Assembly: GCA_016839365.1 (NCBI GenBank)
Contig: JAEOUH010000071.1
Span: 26,865 to 90,864, forward strand
Length of the DNA stretch: 64,000 bases
Direction: 5' to 3'
Source: Candidatus Hermodarchaeota archaeon
Lineage (GTDB): Archaea; Asgardarchaeota; Hermodarchaeia; Hermodarchaeales; Hermodarchaeaceae
Position 1 is the stretch's first letter. Every line of letters starts with the position of its first letter. Position numbers and translations under genes: made by a program. Under the pieces are notes generated by a model. That model saw only the letters and a program-made list of their open reading frames with translations. It did not search any database and had not been told where the DNA came from. Below, piece by piece: positions 58,700 through 64,000 of the stretch.

Positions 58700-59077
58700 G
58701 TGGTTTCTATGACTCTTAGTAACATCAACATTGTATTGTATGTTCGATCTTTTACCGCTGCATCACGACCTATGATCGACCGGGAGACAACTTCATTTTC
58801 TTGTACTTGCACGCGGTCATATTGGGATTCTTTGAAATCCGACATTGCTGGATCGACTGGCAGGTTTTTATCAACGGAGGACCAACGGGCTTTACTCATC
58901 CTGGATGATCTTACCAGGAATCATGGCATAAGTGCAAAGATTATTGATGTGGGTGCCAGCTTTCTGAAACGTTTGAATTTTATTTTGAAGGGTGTATTAC
59001 GAACACCCCGATTCGAGGTAAACGGAAAAGAGATTACTGGTGTTACACACCCACAGCAGCTAGTTAAAAGTATCTGA
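58700..59077 (+). CDS. Hypothetical protein, possible thioredoxin/glutaredoxin-like fold
   Basis: IIDV...GVLRTPRFEVNGKEITG resembles the cis-Pro strand of glutaredoxins; CTC instead of CxxC. Confidence 0.55.
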   Translation: MVSMTLSNINIVLYVRSFTAASRPMIDRETTSFSCTCTRSYWDSLKSDIAGSTGRFLSTEDQRALLILDDLTRNHGISAKIIDVGASFLKRLNFILKGVLRTPRFEVNGKEITGVTHPQQLVKSI

Positions 59078-59180
59078 TATTGATTGGCTCCGTAACCCAC
59101 TCCTAAAGAGAACAACAAGATTTCAATACATCAAAAACTTTAGAGCATAAGGCTTTAGACTCCCAAATTCAGTTCTTACT

Positions 59181-59999
59181 TTGACGAGTATGCATGATCC
59201 AGCGGGAACCCCCGCATCTCGTGTCGATTTTGGACATGTTGCTGGGGACTATGAAGCCACAAGGGGCATTCCTGAAGCCTTTATGGAAACGCTAATCACA
59301 GATGTTATCGACACCTGCGAGCTGACCTCGACTGACCTTGTATTAGAGTTGGGCTGTGGTGCTGGACGATTTCTGCGAGCATTGACCAGCCAGAAGATTC
59401 CCGTCGTGGGTGTTGATGTTTCCCAAGGAATGCTTGAAATGGCCTACAACAACCAACGATCCTCGAAGTTTCTTCGTTCCAATCTTGCCCTCAGTGATGC
59501 AGCTGCAATTCCGTTTAATCATGGGCTCTTCAGAGCCATTCTGGCGATACATCTCTTCCATTTGATGACTGATTGGAAGGAAACCCTATCTGAAATCGTT
59601 CATGTGCTGCGGGCTGGAGGGACTATTATTACAGGATATGTAGGAGCACTCACCTATCAGTCGCAACTGAATCAACTTTATCGGAAGCGCCGTGATGAAC
59701 TGGGATATTCAGTAGGCTCGATTGGCGCTGATCCTCAGGATGTTGTTTTAGAACTAAAAGGACTCGGAGCAGTATTGGAAACGCATAATTTCCAAACCTG
59801 GGTTGAGGTCCCCCTTAACGTCACGCTGTCATACTTAGACCGTCGTGTCTTTTCATCGATGTGGCGGAACCTTCCTGATGTGGTTCACCGGCAAATCATT
59901 CAAGATGTGCGTGCAGCTGCAAATAGCCAATTCAAAGACCTAAACGATATCGAGCGAATCAAGATCGATGCCCAACTACATTTCCTAACTTTTGAATAA
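59181..59999 (+). CDS. Class I SAM-dependent methyltransferase
   Basis: VLELGCGAG, GVDVSQGML, DAAAIPF, VLRAGG. Confidence 0.87.
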   Translation: MTSMHDPAGTPASRVDFGHVAGDYEATRGIPEAFMETLITDVIDTCELTSTDLVLELGCGAGRFLRALTSQKIPVVGVDVSQGMLEMAYNNQRSSKFLRSNLALSDAAAIPFNHGLFRAILAIHLFHLMTDWKETLSEIVHVLRAGGTIITGYVGALTYQSQLNQLYRKRRDELGYSVGSIGADPQDVVLELKGLGAVLETHNFQTWVEVPLNVTLSYLDRRVFSSMWRNLPDVVHRQIIQDVRAAANSQFKDLNDIERIKIDAQLHFLTFE

Positions 60000-60172
60000 T
60001 TGGTAGCTGAATACCAACTCAAACTATTTTCTAAAACCAAACCGCCTTTCCCAACCGACAAGAAACCACCAATTAATCGCTCTGTTTGTAAAAAAACTAT
60101 GTAAATATGAAGATGAAAACCGATGTCGTTGGTATAGTACCCAGCTTCGAGAAACCAAGAACTAGGATATGG

Positions 60173-61240
60173 CTACCATTTAGGTAATAATCCGACTTTT
60201 GCGGCCTGCTTAGAAAGAATCAATTCATACCCGTCTTCAAGATCTCGAATCGGCACTCGATGGGTGACGACTTGACTGACTTTCTTACGTAGCGTTGGTC
60301 GTCGGAGAAGCCCCCTTACCTGAAACCAGGTCCGGTACATGAGACGTCCACTAATACCGTAGATAGTAGCGGCTTTGAAGATCATAAGGCGATTCAAGTC
60401 TACTTCGAAGGCTTTAGGAAATACACCCAATAAGCTGACACGTCCACCTTTAGTTAATACTTCAAACGCAGTCACTAATCCATCTGGGTGGCCACTCATT
60501 TCAACGGCTACATCAACACCGTTGCCATCTGTCGCGTCGAAGATTGCTTTGACAATGGCTTCGCGACCCTCTTCACGAGCACTAAATACCTGATCGGCAC
60601 CCATGGATTTGGCAAGTTCAATGCGGGTTTTATTTAACCCACCAGCTGTAGCAAATACCTTATCGGCGCCTAATTCTTTGGCTACAGCAACGGCCATGAG
60701 ACCGATTGGACCCATTCCTACTACCGCGACGTTTCGCCCAGCAATATCTTCCACATTATTAATGGGTAGAAGGGTTTGCACCGCATTGCCTAAGGGTTCC
60801 TGGATGGCTCCGACAACGGGATCTAAGTCGGGATCATTTTTCCAAGCATTGTGGGCAGGGATGGATACGTATTCTGCAAAGACACCATCACGGTCGACGC
60901 CAAGAATTGTCATGTTCTGGCACACGTGTTCACGGCCGGTGAGACATTGAAGACAGGTTTGGTCGACAATGTGGGTTTCAGCAGAAACCATTTCACCGAC
61001 GCTGATATGGTCTACATTTTGGCCGACTTCAACCACTTTCCCAGACATTTCATGGCCAACAATGAGAGGTGGCTTAATGCGGTTCGCAGCCCATTCATCC
61101 CATTCGTAGATGTGAACGTCGGTTCCACAAATGGCAGCTCCCTTCACTTCGACCAACACATCCGTGCCACCAATGGTAGGTCTATCAACCGCTCCGCGTT
61201 CGACACCGGGTCCAGGTTTCTTCTTCAAAAACGCTTCCAT
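60173..61240 (-). CDS. tdh: L-threonine 3-dehydrogenase
   Basis: AICGTDVHIYEWDEWA, GHE, SAETH, QEPLGNAV, GMGPIG, EMSG, GISGR. Confidence 0.9.
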   Translation of the reverse strand: MEAFLKKKPGPGVERGAVDRPTIGGTDVLVEVKGAAICGTDVHIYEWDEWAANRIKPPLIVGHEMSGKVVEVGQNVDHISVGEMVSAETHIVDQTCLQCLTGREHVCQNMTILGVDRDGVFAEYVSIPAHNAWKNDPDLDPVVGAIQEPLGNAVQTLLPINNVEDIAGRNVAVVGMGPIGLMAVAVAKELGADKVFATAGGLNKTRIELAKSMGADQVFSAREEGREAIVKAIFDATDGNGVDVAVEMSGHPDGLVTAFEVLTKGGRVSLLGVFPKAFEVDLNRLMIFKAATIYGISGRLMYRTWFQVRGLLRRPTLRKKVSQVVTHRVPIRDLEDGYELILSKQAAKVGLLPKW

Positions 61241-61331
61241 GGTATCAGCTCAGAGACTTGACTGAGAGGTGTTGTTATTGTATGCTATTTGTTTTTTTGG
61301 TTTGCTTGAAAAACAGAATGCAAGTTTTGGT

Positions 61332-61949
61332 TTAGCGTCGAATGCTTAGTTCGACACCATCATTTTCTACCATGATAAAGCGACTGGTGTATAATCCCGA
61401 TTCACGCACATGTTTCAAGTAATCCTGCATTTGGGCCTCGCTTTTGCTAACGTTATCAGCAACAATCATGCTACCTCGGAAAAGGTTTGGTTCAAGCGCC
61501 TGCAAATACGCGTAGTATTGGCTTTTTACACCGTCGATGAACACGAAATCGAATTCATCCTTTAGGGTTGGAATAATTTTCAGAGCATCACCTACAAGAA
61601 CTTCAATGGTGGGTTCAAGGCTAGCCCGTGCGATGTTTTCCTTCGCTTGTTTAGCAAATTCCGGATTAATCTCAATAGTAGTGATTCGTGCACGTTTCGG
61701 TAACTCTTTCCCCATGAGAATCGTGGAATAACCCACATTGGTTCCGATTTCAAGAATACGCTGGGGATGAAATTCACTGGCGATTCGGACAAGAATATGC
61801 CCACGCTTCGGGCCAATGATGTAATGGTTATTCGAGGCTTCGATTTCTCGGAGAACCATGTGCGCTGCCGCAGCGTCCAAGAGCAATACCCCAGTTATAC
61901 TAGACACGGGCTTGCTTAAATGGGCTTTAATCTTTCTATGTTTTCCCAT
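61332..61949 (-). CDS. O-methyltransferase (Methyltransf_3 family)
   Basis: ILEIGTNVGYST, GDA, DFVFIDG, VADN, DG. Confidence 0.85.
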   Translation of the reverse strand: MGKHRKIKAHLSKPVSSITGVLLLDAAAAHMVLREIEASNNHYIIGPKRGHILVRIASEFHPQRILEIGTNVGYSTILMGKELPKRARITTIEINPEFAKQAKENIARASLEPTIEVLVGDALKIIPTLKDEFDFVFIDGVKSQYYAYLQALEPNLFRGSMIVADNVSKSEAQMQDYLKHVRESGLYTSRFIMVENDGVELSIRR

Positions 61950-61950
61950 C

Positions 61951-62589
61951 CTACCGTTTGATCATTGAGATTGCCTCAACCGGACAGGTACTAGTACAGA
62001 CGCCACATCCAAAGCACTTGGACGAATCGAATTTGAGCACCCCATTGTGTAAAATACGGGCTTGAAAATGACACCGATCAACACAGGTTCCACAATCGAT
62101 GCATGCGTCTTCATCTTGGAGTGCAATATAATCAGATTCGACCACCATCTCTGGAAAATCAAAGCGCATTATGCCTGCCAGCGAATGGCAGCAGCAAGCA
62201 CAGCAGCTGCAAATGATGTTGGGCTCAGGCTGCCCCTTATCTGCGTAGGAAATGTGCACAAGCCCAGCATCATGCGATTTTTTCAGTGCGGCTAACGCTT
62301 CCTCTATCGTAACAAGTCGCCCAATCCCTTTCGATATCATAGTTTCAGCTTTTTCATCCATACTCAGGCAAACTTCGAGGGGATAATCACAGGCTTGCAC
62401 CCTTTCCCGACAATCACAATTGGCTAAAGAGATGATTTGAGCCTTTTTGAGGATTGCTTCTGCTTGCTTGAAATCGTAGATATATGTTGAACCATCTAGT
62501 GTGATTTTTACTGGCAGGGTCACGGCTGTATAGGTTTCAACGTAATCACGCTGTAATTCTTCACGGGTCCAATCTTTTTTCTCTTGCAT
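61951..62589 (-). CDS. Cys-rich 4Fe-4S binding protein
   Basis: CDCR...C...C, ICSCCACCCH, two C-terminal ferredoxin motifs. Confidence 0.85.
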   Translation of the reverse strand: MQEKKDWTREELQRDYVETYTAVTLPVKITLDGSTYIYDFKQAEAILKKAQIISLANCDCRERVQACDYPLEVCLSMDEKAETMISKGIGRLVTIEEALAALKKSHDAGLVHISYADKGQPEPNIICSCCACCCHSLAGIMRFDFPEMVVESDYIALQDEDACIDCGTCVDRCHFQARILHNGVLKFDSSKCFGCGVCTSTCPVEAISMIKR

Positions 62590-62703
62590 ACCGTGGTTAC
62601 CCCATGAAGGTACCTTTCAGCGTATCAAATTAAATAATTACTCCCGTCAAATGACCATCCATTGTGTTTAATTAGTGACTAGGCACTAACTACTCGGCTT
62701 GAG

Positions 62704-63084
62704 GTGTTCATAGTGTTCATCCGTAATCTGAATGAGTGTAAAGAGATAATTGCAATCGACGGAACTATCCTGCGGGAACTGATCAACCCGTTGTATGATG
62801 GTTCTGAGTTACACCTACGGTATAGTATTGCCCACGCCAAGGTGTCTCCCGGGAACGCATCGTTTCCTCACCGACTAACCAAGGCATCCGAAGTTTATTA
62901 TTTCCTTAGGGGAACCGGAGTAATGTATATCGATGACGAGAAACAGAAAGTGGGTCCAGGTTCTCTCGTCTATATCCCTCCTAATGCTATCCAATATCTC
63001 GAAAATACCGGCGATCAGGATCTTGCCTTTCTTTGCGTCGTGGATCCGTATTGGCGTCCCGAAGATGAGGAGCTCGTGGAATGA
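62704..63084 (+). CDS. Cupin domain protein
   Basis: PH....EVYYFLRG.G...VYIPP...N.G cupin motifs. Confidence 0.85.
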   Translation: MFIVFIRNLNECKEIIAIDGTILRELINPLYDGSELHLRYSIAHAKVSPGNASFPHRLTKASEVYYFLRGTGVMYIDDEKQKVGPGSLVYIPPNAIQYLENTGDQDLAFLCVVDPYWRPEDEELVE

Positions 63085-63144
63085 CTATTATCTATGATGG
63101 TTAGCGATACCAAGTTTTTTAGAGCAAGATAACCATCAAAATGT

Positions 63145-63993
63145 TTGTCAATCATGAACTTAATGCAGTTAATAAAAAGGATCGAGACTCCTGAGCCTTG
63201 GAGTGAGGGTGAGAAGATTCCTTGGAACGACTCAGGGTTTAGTGAGAGGATACTTAAGCATCACCTTACGCAGGAACACGATCTCGCCAGCAGAAGATTC
63301 GAGATAATCGATAGACACGTTGATTGGATCCACAACAAGTTGGGAGGAAAACCATCCAAAATACTGGATCTAGCCTGTGGGCCTGGGTTATACTCTAACC
63401 GGTTGACTAAGCTTGGACATCGCTGTCGAGGGATAGACTTCAGCCCTGCTTCCATCAAATACGCCAGAGAACAGGCTATCAAAGAAGAGGTTGAGATTGA
63501 TTATGTTCTTGAGGATATCAGGACCGCAGATTACGGAGATAATAATGATCTTGTATTATTTATCTACGGTGAGTTCAACGTCTTTAAACCAGAGCACATA
63601 AAACGCGTGCTCAAAAAGGCATATGATTCACTGAACGAAGGGGGTCTTTTCATCGCTGAACCCAACAGGTACGAGACTGTGAAACGAGTGGGAACAAGTC
63701 CAGCTTCATGGTACTCGTCAAAGGAGGGGCTGTTCAGTCCGAAACCACACCTGTGCCTGATGGAGAACTTCTGGGACCAAGAGAAACATGTTGCCACTAC
63801 AAGATATTTCATCATAGACGCTGAAACCAACAATGTAACCCTCTACGCTTCAAGCATGGTTGCATATACACGAGAGAACCTTGAACAAATAATTAGAGAA
63901 GTCGGATTCAAGGATATCATGTTTTATGAATCTCTGTCAGGCGGAAAAGAAGATCTTGATAAAAACCTTGAAGTTGTTGAAGCTCGAAAATAG
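63145..63993 (+). CDS. Class I SAM-dependent methyltransferase
   Basis: ILDLACGPGLY, GIDFS, D, LNEGG. Confidence 0.87.
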   Translation: MSIMNLMQLIKRIETPEPWSEGEKIPWNDSGFSERILKHHLTQEHDLASRRFEIIDRHVDWIHNKLGGKPSKILDLACGPGLYSNRLTKLGHRCRGIDFSPASIKYAREQAIKEEVEIDYVLEDIRTADYGDNNDLVLFIYGEFNVFKPEHIKRVLKKAYDSLNEGGLFIAEPNRYETVKRVGTSPASWYSSKEGLFSPKPHLCLMENFWDQEKHVATTRYFIIDAETNNVTLYASSMVAYTRENLEQIIREVGFKDIMFYESLSGGKEDLDKNLEVVEARK

Positions 63994-64000
63994 ACCTCTA

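Noticed and set aside
1-64000. tRNA, rRNA, CRISPR arrays, transposases/integrases, selenocysteine or pyrrolysine read-through
   Set aside because: None recognised by eye; intergenic regions are short, and the redox ORFs are uninterrupted. tRNAscan-SE and Infernal would be needed to exclude small RNAs.

Overview
Gene-dense archaeal chromosome segment, very probably from an Asgard archaeon. Support: a two-domain gelsolin, a longin-like-domain Arf-related GTPase, many zinc-ribbon-tailed proteins and archaeal thiolase/DUF35 pairs. The gene content resembles what is described for Hermodarchaeota, but that assignment is inference. The centre (about 21.7-50.3 kb) is an anaerobic aromatic-degradation supercluster: an Azoarcus-type ATP-dependent benzoyl-CoA reductase (bzdN-O-P-Q, ferredoxin bzdM, bzdV-like oxidoreductase), Dch/Had/Oah ring-opening enzymes, beta-oxidation genes, IorAB and a tungsten AOR module. 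It also holds unexpected members (homocitrate-synthase-like enzyme plus DUF2148, an LLM/F420-type oxidoreductase) and lacks glutaryl-CoA dehydrogenase and a canonical benzoate-CoA ligase. The left arm carries peptidases, aminotransferases, GlnA, a GDGT-modifying-type radical SAM enzyme, a catalytically dead membrane-anchored clostripain and tandem zinc-module paralogs. The right arm carries a tandem paralogous pair of coiled-coil/winged-helix proteins (the best candidate for an undescribed system), an orphan m4C methyltransferase, an AT-rich intergenic tract, gelsolin, kbl/tdh and methyltransferases. No rRNA, tRNA, CRISPR array or transposase was recognised. All calls come from motif recognition by eye; no database search was run.
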